In this document: positions 11,192 to 23,353 of the stretch, piece by piece | Numbering within the stretch: position 1 is the first letter of the stretch | How the letters are laid out: the number at the start of each line of letters is the position of its first letter | Assembly (NCBI RefSeq): GCF_018977255.1 | Contig: NW_024705144.1 | Coordinates: forward strand, 1 to 64,000 | Direction of reading: 5' to 3' | Length of the DNA stretch: 64,000 bases | From: Callorhinchus milii | Taxonomy: Eukaryota | Translations under genes and position numbers: made by a program | The notes under the pieces: generated by a model | What the model was told of the DNA's origin: nothing | The model's input: only the letters and a program-made list of their open reading frames with translations | Database searches by the model: none

Positions 11192-14100
11192 GTAAGAAAC
11201 ACACACTTACTCACTCACAATACTGACATTGTTTTATATGTTTGTTTGATTCACTTTAACAACTATTTGCTGTAATGAATTCCGCGTTGCCAGGCTATCT
11301 CGCAGTTTAATGTATGTTAAAGGGGTTTCCCTGATATCGCTTTCAACAGCCACTGTTGATTTATGGATTATTCTCTCAATGTTTAGTTCATTGTTGGTGA
11401 TATTTTTGGTGGTTAGTGAATGTACAACTGAGGTTACACTGACGGTCTTTGTGCAATGTCTGATCGCGGTGACTGGCGGTGGGTAGTTTTCGGGTATAAT
11501 GTCGTCAGGAATAGTATGAAAGTGCTTGAATCTATGCCCACGTGTTGGGAATCAGGGCCGGAATGTTGTTGGATGAGCGATGGGAAGGTTATCTGATCGA
11601 TTCCAATATGTATTTCAATCCTTTATTTAACATAAGGACCGCGGCTGCAGTTTAAAGTGTCTCAATCTGGGGGAGGGGGTGAGTCTGAGAGTAAAGTGGG
11701 TTTATACTGCTGGGATGTGATTGTAAACACAGCAGCTCAATCTGCACGGATGTTACAGCAATAATAGTGAAGGTTTTTATTTTAATTAATATCAGCATTA
11801 ATGTGCTGCTCACAGTCTCGTTGCCTCAGTTGCCCCTCACACCAGTCATGGTTTAGTCAGCGAGAGTGAGAGCTCAGACTTGATTTTAATTGATTTGAAC
11901 AGCAATCGAGTGAACATGACCGCACTTCCTCACAGTGCACAGACACAAGAGGTCGCTGCTGATCTATAATCATCAGCTTCCTGTTTTACACAAAATGATC
12001 TGCAGAAAAAAAGATTTTAAATTTGTTGATTTTCAATAAACAAATGGTAAACTCTGAATCACACACTGCAATGTAACAGATCCAGTTGTTTATGAGATGT
12101 TTAACACACAGCGACACTGGTCACTGACACCAAAATAATGATATCAGAACTGATCAGCTCCAACTCCAGAGTCGGTAGAGATGAGGGTGAAAGGAATGAG
12201 TTTGTCATTTGACTGTAAATACATGATTTAGTTATTCTGTGTAACTGTTTGAGCTGCAGGGAATTGTGACTGTGAGTTACATTGCACAATGTACAATGCT
12301 TCACGTGTGATGTGGAAGGAGAGTGTGTGAAGCTGCTGTGCAGTTACTGAGAGCTTCAGCTGAGAGAGAGACAACATGGAGCGACCTGTGGCTTATTGGA
12401 TGGAAAGAGTTTGTGTTTGAGATGTGAGGGTTCAGGCTGTGATGGTGTGTGAGACCTGATTAACCGGCATTGAGCAGTGTAATAGCAAATGGCTGAACCG
12501 GGATATCTCACTGTGTGGAGAGCGGCTGGGAGTCGGGTTCATGTTTAACCCTCAGATCGAGGGGTAGGAAAGAGCAATGTGAAGGTTTGTTTTCATCAAT
12601 ATCTTCCCAGAGGCCGAGAAATTCACTTCCTCTCAGTCTGTGAGGAGACCATTTGTGGTACAGTGTAAAATTGTGCAGAATTATGAATAGTTTCTTCAAT
12701 TCAGTGTTATATTCCACAATATCAATATAAAAGTGCTTTGCTCCTTAGTCAATGCAGCGTCACTGACATCAAACCCCCGGACAGAGACCTCTGTCTTTAT
12801 TCAACTATTTAAGAGCCGATGTGTAACACATACTCCAAAATATGCTGTAAACATCTGTGTCCCCATTCAGTGCAGGGCCAGCGGCTGCTGCAGGTTCCGC
12901 TGATCCCAATCACAAGTCAGACAGGATTCCCTGTGCGAGGCGTGTCCTGGGCACAGCACTGATTACACTCCTTCATTCCTCAGGTCAACCACTGAATCTG
13001 CCCATTATCAGTCAGGCTCTGCCAGTGTGAAGCGCTCTGAGACGCTGCCCTGCGTGGAGGGCGCTATATAAGTGCAAGTTGTTGTATTATTGGGTCTCTC
13101 TAGTTTTGTAGCTGAAAGAGTTAATATTGACCGTAATCCATCATTATTCAGACAATCAGGAATATACTATTTTAACACCAACACAGTGGCTGTCAGGTGG
13201 GAAATTGTCTGTGGCAATTCTGTAACCAATCTGAACAGAATAAATTGTTTGAGTAAATGTCAGAACCAAAAAGTCTCAATGTTTAAATTTTCAGACGATT
13301 GTTATGACAATATAAGATTATCCGGAGGTTTGAATATTCTTGAAATAAATATTTATTGGCAAATTAAACAGAAGATTTGGAAATCAAAGCAACATTTTAA
13401 TTAACATTTAATTAATTAAGCAACATTTTAATTTCAGCTGCTTTTCAAAAAGCCACAATGGACCCTACATTTTAAAGCCTTGTTGCTCGGAGAAAGAACT
13501 GTGAATATTTTAGTCTGAGAGGGTTTAGAATGACATTATAATCACAGGGACACTGTCTGACTCTCTGTGTTTCTAAACTTAAACTGGTCACGTGGTGACT
13601 TGAAGCTGCTTCGCAGACGATGCAGTCGAGGCTTTGCTGTGTAGATTAGCAGTTTCTCTCTCACACAGACAGTCACAGCTGAACAACATTATTGGGATCT
13701 GAAATTTAAACCGGATTTACATTTAAACAGCCAAATGTGTCACCTTGGAGCCAATTCAGCTCCTGGTCCCCGCCCCCCAGGAAGATAGTTCAGCTCTATC
13801 CGGAGATTCATTTTATCCTGAAACTGCGCCTCCATTTTTTTCTGGAAATACAAATTCAGACTAACATTGTTGTCAAGAATTCAGTAACAATTAGAGAAAT
13901 TCCTGCTCCGACTGTCTCTTACAGAAAGCTCCGCCCACCACTCTCACCTCTCCTCTCAAACTCTGAGAGGATCATTATTCTAACAATAATAATAATAATA
14001 ATCCCTGCATTTGACCAATTTATTGTTGTTTTGTTTTTGAGGGATTATTATTAGGAGTGTGGAGTTAGGAAACTTGCCCGGTTTACACAGTTATTTGACA

Positions 14101-15417
14101 CAATTGTGTTCTGCACCATGTCCGGGTGTCTTTAACATTACCTTTCCTCTGCTGGAGAAACGCCGCCCTCCTAAAGATCATCAAGTGGATGACCAGTTGG
14201 GCAGGTGATACACATCGCACTAAACACAGTTTTTCTTACACAAAAACTGTGACAAAGATTACAAGTACATTACATAAGAACATAAGAATTAGGAGCAGGA
14301 GTAGGCCATTCGGCCCCTCGAGCTGCCCCGCCATTTGATAAGGTCACGGCTGATCTTCAGACCTAACTCTAATTACCTGCCCTATCCCCATATCCGCTAA
14401 TCCCTCTATTTTTTAAAAATCTCTCAGTCTCAGCCTTGAAGATGTTCATTAAGAATACTTTACTCCTTAAATGTCATCTGTGAAAGCCTTGTTCTCAGCC
14501 ACGACTCCAGCCAGCACGCACACACAGGTACGCACACACAGGTACGCACACACTCACGCACACAAAAATAACATAATAATCATTGCTTTAGGTGCAGTGC
14601 CTATCACGGTGGTGAGACGTCTCAAAGCGCTTCATAGGATACAATGTAATGTGGATTGACTGTACTTTGTGGGAAAACACAGAAGCCATTTGAGCAAAAC
14701 AATGTCCCACCAACACACGTAGAGTGATTGGTCAATTTTATATAGGTGACTGTTGACCAGGACAACAGGAGAGGGAGAGGGAGAGAGATACTGACTTCTG
14801 TTTTTGAATAGTGCCATGAGATCGTTAACGTGGAATTGATGGCAGACGGGGCCTTGGTTTAACACCTCAATCCGTGTATACACACACCACACACACACAC
14901 ACTCAAACACACACATACACACATATATACATACATGTATACATTATAATACTTGCATTTCATATTGTGCTTTTCAAATCTTTGAGACATCTAAAAGCGC
15001 TTCACAGTATAATGGAAAATGAATTGACTGTATATTTGTGGGATAAACAAGGCAACCAATTGGGTGCATTGAAATAACCAATTTTATTTTATTTATTTTT
15101 CTTGAGGCATCATTATCAGGCGGGTGGGGTAAGGAAACGTTCCCAATGTTTCACCCTGACGGAAACCGAACCCAAGTCTCTCGATTGTGAGGCGTGTGCT
15201 CTAACTACTGAGCCACAGGACTTCTACTCATACAGGAGACATAAACAGATACACACACACAGACATACAGACACATATCTATGTGCACGTATGAAGATAC
15301 ATAAATGCATATATACTTATATTGATTTGGGTCACAGGTTTATTTTAGTTTATCTGTGTGTCTGACCAAATTGCAGAAAAGCAGAACCTCAAATCTAACT
15401 TTCTTCTTGGTTTCCAG

Positions 15418-15494
15418 CTGTAAATACTCCTCCCAGTCTTTACGCCCTGCTGCCATACTGTGGACAATCCTCTTCTGGAGGCTCAGTGACTGTT
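15418..15494 (+). CDS. IGHM: IgM CH1 exon, 5' part only (runs into a gap)
   Basis: Acceptor ggtttccAG at 15416-15417. (A)VNTPPSLYALLPYCGQSSSGGSVTV matches a CH1 A-B strand, including the light-chain-bonding Cys. Confidence 0.8.
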
Positions 15495-15803
15495 NNNNNN
15501 NNNNNNNNNNNNNNNNNNNNNNNNNNNNNNNNNNNNNNNNNNNNNNNNNNNNNNNNNNNNNNNNNNNNNNNNNNNNNNNNNNNNNNNNNNNNNNNNNNNN
15601 NNNNNNNNNNNNNNNNNNNNNNNNNNNNNNNNNNNNNNNNNNNNNNNNNNNNNNNNNNNNNNNNNNNNNNNNNNNNNNNNNNNNNNNNNNNNNNNNNNNN
15701 NNNNNNNNNNNNNNNNNNNNNNNNNNNNNNNNNNNNNNNNNNNNNNNNNNNNNNNNNNNNNNNNNNNNNNNNNNNNNNNNNNNNNNNNNNNNNNNNNNNN
15801 NNN
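15495..15803. other. Assembly gap (others at 36086-36221, 38113-38335, 41842-41971)
   Basis: Runs of N. Confidence 1.
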
Positions 15804-16077
15804 CACATGAGAATCGCAATGCGCAAACCGACCACTGCTATCTGCTTCATATACGGTTTCCGTCCGGACAGTCTCAGGGTTGAGTGGCTGAAGGACTGGC
15901 AGCCCATACACTCAGGTGTTGTGACCTCTCCCTCGGTTGAAAACAATGGGACATTCAGCACCAGCAGCCGTCTGACTGTCACCGCCAGAGAGGGGAAGAG
16001 CGACTCGGTTTACACCTGCAAGGTGACCCATCAGCCCTCCCACACCATCACTGTCAAGAACATCACCAAGTACCCAG
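15804..16077 (+). CDS. IGHM: IgM CH2 exon, 3' part (5' end in a gap)
   Basis: ...TAICFIYGFRPDSLRVEWLKDWQP...VYTCKVTHQPSHTITVKNITKYP is a C1-set domain; donor GTAGG at 16078. Confidence 0.88.
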
Positions 16078-16775
16078 GTAGGAGGCACAGCACCAGCTGA
16101 TACACACACCAACAACAGGGCTCTCAGTTTCCTTGCAAATGTCCACTTGTGGGAGCTCTGGGGCACTTTGGGTTGAGTTCCTTTTGTATATTTCATTGGG
16201 ATCAATGCACATGTGAGCCTTGAACCAAAGTTTATGGATGTGTACAACATGAGGAAATCGGGACCCGATCCTCACTGTGTTATCAGGAGATGGCCAGGCA
16301 GCCGCACTGTGTGGCTCTGTTTCTGATCTGCTGCTCAAGGGGAGATCTGGCATCTCTCACAGGTCCACGTGACTGTGGCTGTAATTCCCATATTCCACCC
16401 TCTTCCTCCCCGTCTACTTTCACTGAACTTCCTGATCACAAACAGTCAATTTGGTCACTCCGCGCAGATATGCAGTGAATCGCAGACTGCAGAGTTACAA
16501 CTCATCCAATGTATATGTTTAATGCTGAGTTGTTGTCAGTCGGAGGGAATTGGAAATCAATCGGCCAAATATCACGCAGGTGTTTTAGAGAAGATTGTTC
16601 ATCTTTCCATTAAATCATTTCAATACCGACTGATAATTCTATTAGGAAACCGCGGTGTGTGTTCAGCTCACCCAGAACATGAGAATATTCATGGAGAGTA
16701 TTGCTTAACTTCATCAAATATGAAATCCTGGATATTGGCTGTTATTTGGGTTTCAAGTTTCTTTTCCTTTTCTAG

Positions 16776-17084
16776 ATTGTGATCCTCCTGAACCTGTCAA
16801 GGTCTCTTTCCTGCCGCCTTCACCGAAACAGGTTTTGATGGAACCCATTGTAACGCTGACATGTGTCGTGGCGAATGCACCACATGACGTCAACGTGACT
16901 TGGACACAAGAACAGACACATTTACAGTCTGGATATGGAAAACCATCTGCCACTGGGCCTCAGGAACTGATCAGTAAACTAAACATTTCTACACAAGACT
17001 GGACCGGTGGGAAAGTATACTTCTGCATTGTCAGCCATGACGATATACCGACTCCCATCAGAAAAAAGATATTTAAGGAGCCCG
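16776..17084 (+). CDS. IGHM: IgM CH3 exon
   Basis: AG at 16774-16775 and donor GTGAG at 17085. (D)CDPPEPVKVSFLPPSPKQ...LTCVV...W...YFCIVSHDDIPTP. Confidence 0.93.
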
Positions 17085-17568
17085 GTGAGCATCCAAGTTC
17101 AGGAAATAAACAATTTATTTGTTTATTGTAATTTCATAATATAGGCAACAGATACAATTGTGAAAACAATTATTAATTGTCTGTCTCTGTTTATAATTCT
17201 GTCGATAGATTTGTCACATCGAACAAATGCCGGAAAATATTTATAGATATAAGCTGATAAGCAGATCCTCTGACATGAATAACATAAAAAATAACTTCAT
17301 CATTACACCTGAGGATATTTTAACAGGTTTTCGTGGAGCAAAGGAAGCCACATCTAAGCCACTGAGCGCAAATCAAGTTAATCCCAAATTCTGTTGGGAG
17401 TTTTCAATCCACTCCAGTGTTCCCAGCCACACCAACAATTATAAACCACTGCGCACATACTGAGCAGAAACACACTTTACTCTCAGCTTGTTCAGCGGTA
17501 TCTTGTGCTTGAAGGCTTTCTCTGATTGACGGCATCAGTGTATTGATTTGATTTTATTGTTTCCACAG

Positions 17569-17960
17569 TTTTGTACACGAAAGAACCTTCAGTGTATCTG
17601 CTTCTCCCATCGGCAGAAGAATTGTCTGCTCAGCAGTCTCTCACCCTCAGTTGCCTGGTGAAGAACTTCGCTCCCAAAGAGATCTTTGTGGAGTGGACTG
17701 TGAATGACCAATCGATTGATGCCAACAAATACAAGAACACTGAGGTGATGGCAGACAGTGCAGATGGCGATTACTCCATGTACAGCATGTTATCCATCTC
17801 AGCCGGAGATTGGGACAGAGGCTATTCCTACTCCTGTGTGGTCGGACATGAAACTTTCCCACTGAAGACCCTGACCAGAGCCGTTAATAAATCCAGCGGT
17901 AAACCGAGTTTTGTAAACATTTCCCTTGTCCTGATGGACACCGTGAATGCCTGTCAATGA
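17569..17960 (+). CDS. IGHM: IgM CH4 exon plus secretory tailpiece
   Basis: AG at 17567-17568. C1-set domain, internal donor G|GTAAA at 17899 for the membrane form, tailpiece [19 protein letters not shown] with an N-glycan site and the penultimate Cys. Confidence 0.96.
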
Positions 17961-18046
17961 GGCTCCCAATAACATTTTGCTTATTTTTTGTGCACCCGCC
18001 TCCCGACCATTGCATTGTCAATTTGGAGTCATGAAAAAGTAACTCA

Positions 18047-18052
18047 AATAAA
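18047..18052 (+). terminator. Poly(A) signal of secretory IgM mRNA
   Basis: AATAAA 87 nt after the secretory stop codon. Confidence 0.75.
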
Positions 18053-18339
18053 GATCATTGTTGTATTTATGAGTCAGGTACAGAGGGGATGATTTCCAAT
18101 TAATTGCGCAGACAATTTTCAGAGTGAGGAATGATACACCTTTTGTTTGAAGCGATGATAGTATCAAGTTAGTAGAACAGTCAGTTTGCTTTGGATATTC
18201 TTAAGCACAGGGATGGATTTCCACTTGTTTTTGTCAAACTAAATACTGCTGAACAACAGACACAGATCCCGGTACAGCAACATGTTCACAAATACACCCA
18301 CTGAGCCATTCTCGTTGGTTGAAAAACAAAGACACTCAT

Positions 18340-18870
18340 TCACATTCACATCCACACACACTCACACACACTGACACACACTCACAGCCACCCAGACCTA
18401 CACACACTGACATCCACCCAGACCCACATACACTCACACACACTCACATCCACCCAAGTCCACATAGACACACATACAATCTCATCCACTGAGGCCCCCA
18501 CACACAACCAGACTGACCCAGGCCCACACACACTGACACACACTCACACAACACAGACCCACACACTGACACACACTGACACAACACAGACCCACACACT
18601 GACACACACTGACACAACGCAGGCCCACACACACTCAACACAACACAGGCCCACGCACACTGACACACACTCACACAACACAGGCCCACACACACTCACA
18701 CACACTCACACAACACAGAACCACAATCAACTCACACACACTCATACCCACCCAGACCGATACACATTGATAAACACCCACATCCATCTCGGCCCACCCA
18801 GGAGCACACACTCACACACACACACATCCACCCGGTCCATGCGCACTCACGTACACTCACACAAAACTAC
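18340..18870. repeat. CA-rich degenerate minisatellite in the CH4-TM1 intron
   Basis: Repeated cacacactgacaca/caacacagaccc units. Confidence 0.85.
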
Positions 18871-20498
18871 ATTGCTGTGACACTTCACCAAGTAGGACAC
18901 CCACACTGTCAGGAAACTGGCTTCTCCCCTTTTATACATTGCTGTAACAAATACAACTCAATGTCACCATTTTCCTTGAGGTGAATCTGCAGGTTTTTGA
19001 GAATATGATACATGTTTTTGTTCTCTAAGATACGAAGCATCACCTTGACAGTGAGTGTCAGTGTCTGATCCCTTCCCCAATCAGTCTCACATGGCCACAT
19101 GCAGCAAAGGTGGTAATCAATAAAGCTCAGGGATGAACCGTTACACTTAACCCTCAATCCCTTCAGCTGATGTAACCTGACGTTTGTGTCGGTTCCTCTA
19201 TTGCTTTACAGCAATATTAACCATTTTGAAATAGGCACAGTGCCATTGATAAAAATATTGATGATGACATAATATGGTAAAGGACACAGTCAGGAATAAC
19301 ATGGGGAATGGCATAAAGTTACAGAGCGTTCGGCTGAGTTGGCAGAAAGGTGGAAATGAAGTTCAATGTTGACACAGCAGTTTTTTGAAAGTATATTTAG
19401 GAAAATAATCACTAAAGGTATTACAGCAAAATAATTCTAATATAAGTGGAATGAAGAAAACTTGGAGTATAAATCGATGGGATTCAATATCAAAAGACCA
19501 TAAAAATGGATTCAGTATTTTTCAGAGCGGAAATTGATTGCCAATTCTATATAAAGTTAGCAGGATTGTGGGTGGGGCACTGCGCGCAGTTCTGGACACT
19601 GTTATACAAAGGACATAAGAGCCACTGAGTGGGTTTAGGGAAGTTTCACAAAGATCACACGGATGATCTCTGTGATTGGCGTTACAGTGATGAGGATTAG
19701 CTTCAAACACTGTGGCTGTTCTCATAAAAAGCGAAAGGAAAAAAAAGGGAAGTCTCTAAATACACGTTTTCAAATGTATGAAGATTTTGAAAGACTGACA
19801 TAGTGAAAGACGATTGTATCCATACAAACAGTATAAAACACCCAAGAATGTCACTGAAAAATATAAAGGCAGAGTCGATATTTATTTACAGATACGCAGT
19901 ACTTCTACTACCAGTAATCCTTCCATTTGATATAGCAGCTTATCACATCTCCGAGATGCCTCAAAGCGCTTCACAGAATGTATTTTAAAGTGAATTGATC
20001 GTGTACGTTGGGGACAACACGGCAGCCAACTGCGCACAGCAGATCTTTTAGAATATAGGATTGTTGATCACAATACCGTAATGTAAAGGAATTTGAATTT
20101 TTTTNGAATAGTCACAGTGTGAACATGGAAAAGAATAGCAGAAAGGTGGAATTGGAGCATTGGAGTAGATTTGGCCATTTTCTATCAGAAGACTCTCAAT
20201 GGGAGTATTTTCACCTTTTGTAATTCCACAAGTTTAATTTTCTCAATGTTTTTCCAAAATTCTTCTCTGGATTTAATATTTTTTGGAACAAATAAACAAA
20301 CAGTAAAATCAATTACTTTTTCATCTCTCTGAAAATTAAAAGTTTTGAAGGTTTGGCAGGAGGTTCTGTGTAGTTCAGTAGAGGGAGGGAGCCCACGATC
20401 AACTGGGAAACTTTATATACATTAATAATCAAAAGGGAAAAGAAAAGTCTCAGGTTTCAATCCCCTCTGAATATATTTCTTCATTTTCATCCTCACAG

Positions 20499-20632
20499 AG
20501 GTGATCCCAACCGAGACGATGCTGGAAGGTTTTCAACAAGATGAACATGACAACCTCTGGCCGACAGCTTCCACCTTCATCATCCTCTTCTTCCTGAGTA
20601 TTTTCTACAGTGCCACGGTCACTCTATTTAAG
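20499..20632 (+). CDS. IGHM: IgM TM1 exon
   Basis: cctcacAG acceptor in phase with the CH4 internal donor. (E)[44 protein letters not shown] carries the conserved antigen-receptor transmembrane motif. Confidence 0.95.
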
Positions 20633-21116
20633 GTGGGGAGAGGAAATTCATTGACACTATGATCTGATGTAACAGCTGCTGGTAAATAATTCTTCCACGG
20701 GAACTGATGGTGAAGCTCATTGCAGCCACTGTGCTGGGAAACTCCCCCTGTCCCCACAGGACAGGATCCGTGTGACCAAGCTGTGTGAGGGTGATGGACA
20801 TATCCTCTCACCATTACACACCCTATCACACCTGACATATGCTCACCTGGTATAGCCACAGGCAAGGAGCGAGGCTCATTTACTGATCTTGTGGATCTTT
20901 CAGTATATTGTGGATACTTGAAAGCGAAGGGCTTCTGCCTGTATAAGGCAATGACAGACCAATACCCACTGACACAGTATCAGTTGGGATTGTGTGTGTT
21001 TGTGGGTGTTGTATGGGGGGGGGTGGACATTCACATACACACATAAACACAATCTGAAATACTAAATCTCCTCCCAGGCTGAAATTATTCATCATATCTT
21101 TACTTTTATTTTCCAG

Positions 21117-21125
21117 GTAAAATGA
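21117..21125 (+). CDS. IGHM: IgM TM2 exon (VK*)
   Basis: ttttccAG|GTA AAA TGA gives the KVK cytoplasmic tail. Candidate AATAAA at 21522-21527. Confidence 0.9.
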   Translation, partial: VK

Positions 21126-23053
21126 GTTTATTACCATCAGCTTCACCGATGTTCCTCATCTGTTTGTGTTTATCTTCAATTTCCTGTGACAGAGTGTGTG
21201 ATGTCTTGTTTCACCCAATGAACGCATTCATGGGAAGTAAACATTGTATTGTACAACTACATGAATTTTAGTGACTTTTCTTATTGTTAGTCTATGTTAC
21301 AATGTGCCTTTTGTTAATAATATATAACCTTGTTATTTCATGTACTGTCACACCTCTCTGATATTCTTTATTTGCTGTTTACTATTTGTGTGGTGTAATG
21401 ATACAGAAAGACAGAGGCTGTTATATTTTGTCCTTTTATTTCATTCTGAAGATGAGTATTTGTGATCCGATCCTATTCCATAATGCCTACAGATTCTCTC
21501 TATTTGTTTGCCCGAAGTATCAATAAATGATAAAAGTTAGTGAGCTGTTTGATCTGTGTCTTTCCTGTTCCCTTTGTGTCAATGCCGCCTTGACTTCTGA
21601 TCCAAATTGTTCAGATTCACAGAAGCTCAGCATTAAACAAAAGCTGTTGAATGAACTGTCCGACTTCAGTTCGGGTTTTGCTGGAACAACTAATGGGCGT
21701 CAATCTTTGTACTTGAATTGCTTCTCCGCTCCAGTGACCAGCAGCTGCTTCCGTCCCCCAATGATCAGCTCCACACCAGATACAGCTTCAGACACATGGC
21801 TATTCTAATATAGTAACGCGCAGCTCTGTGTTATAGTATTTATAGCACAATGTGAGTGTGCAATGTGTTTGATATATGCAGAGAGCTTCATCTCCTGCCT
21901 GTGCTGAGCTGACAATCTGAGCAGCACCACAGTGGGAGGCCATGAAGCCCAAATCCCAGCTGTGGGCAGTTGGGCTGCTGTGTTGGCCCAGACTCCTCTT
22001 CACAGTTTAAACTGTGAAAGGCTTTGGGACGTCTTGCTGACGTGGCAGCAAACAACATGTGCAACCACTTGAGACAGAGGTTTTTGGCTCAAATCCACAT
22101 CGGAATTTGACAATAATGGAGTTGAAGTTTGTGAAATACACTCCAATGCTCTGCTGGGGTTGTGCTGTGTTGTTATGCGTTTGGTTCTTGGGTCCTTTTG
22201 CCTTCTTACCAAACTATTGAAGTGCTTTGACACATCTCCTTGATGTGAAAAGCTCCATAACAAACCTCAGGATTACTACTGAGATGGTCGACTTTCAGCA
22301 AACAGAAAATCAATAAGTACATCTTTCATATGTTAGTTTCAACATTAGAGAGACAGACAGACACGTGCAATAATCCGTTTGCCGTTTCACCTATTTCAAT
22401 ATTTTAAAGAAAATGAACAGATCCAGAATTAATATTGTCGCCATTCCACAGAAACTCCCTGCACAGAAGCACATATTTTGCGTCCATTGTCGGCTGTTAT
22501 TTTCTCTAAAATTAATATTTGCATATCTCGAATAGTAAGCATTTCCCCGCTCTCCCCCATATTCCCTTGTAACCCAGTTCACAGCCAATTCTATTGATGA
22601 ATTGGAACCCTGATAACCCGCTGAGTGCGGAAATGTGGTGTAACATTTATCTTCATGATTCTGCTTCGACCAAAGATCAAGCCCTGATCTATATTGAAGC
22701 TAAATATATGCACAAATGACTTAACTAATCAGAGCAGTTGAATTACAACTATACTGTTGGCTATCAATTATTCTACTTCCCCTCCCCCGCACACACTCCC
22801 CCCATCCCTAATGTTCTCTGGAGCAAAGAAAATGTCAAATGTTTTTCTAAACGGTTGTTGGATTACCTGTACAGATTCACTGTGCCCATAGCGTAGTGAT
22901 GTGCTTCACGTTCCACTGAGGGAAAGTGCAGTCTTACTGATGTGAACGTACTAAACAAGACTTGCAGGACAAACTTGTTGTTCAGAGATAGATAACTTTA
23001 AACAATTTTTTAAACGAGAAACATGACGGCTGAGGTTCTACAAAGGGAGTGCT

Positions 23054-23353
23054 GTGGAGTCCTGTAGCTCAGTGGTTGAAGCACTCGCATTGCAAGCGAG
23101 ACACCCGGGTTGATTCCAGGCCGGGCGAAACCTTGGCCAAGTTTCCTTACTCCACACACCTGATAATAATCCCTCCAAAAAACAATTTGGTCATTTTGAA
23201 TTCAAGACTGTTTGTGGGACACTGCTGTGCGCAATTGGCTGCCGCGTTTCACCTACAAATATACAGTCAATTCACTTTACAGCATATTCCGTAAAGCGCT
23301 TTGAGACATCGAGAAGACATGGAAAGCGCTATGTCAAATGCAAGGATTATTAT
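23054..23353 (+). mobile_element. tRNA-derived SINE with an L2-like tail
   Basis: A-box TAGCTCAGTGG, B-box-like GGTTGATTCC, central GCGCAATTGGCTGCC domain and (ATT)n tail. Confidence 0.85.

Noticed and set aside
11192-15417. Switch region or mammalian-type intronic enhancer in the J-CH1 intron
   Set aside because: No tandem switch repeats and no octamer noticed; only an isolated GTCACGTGG at 13587-13595.
23054-23130. tRNA-like sequences at SINE heads
   Set aside because: They have A/B boxes but run into SINE bodies; not tRNA genes.
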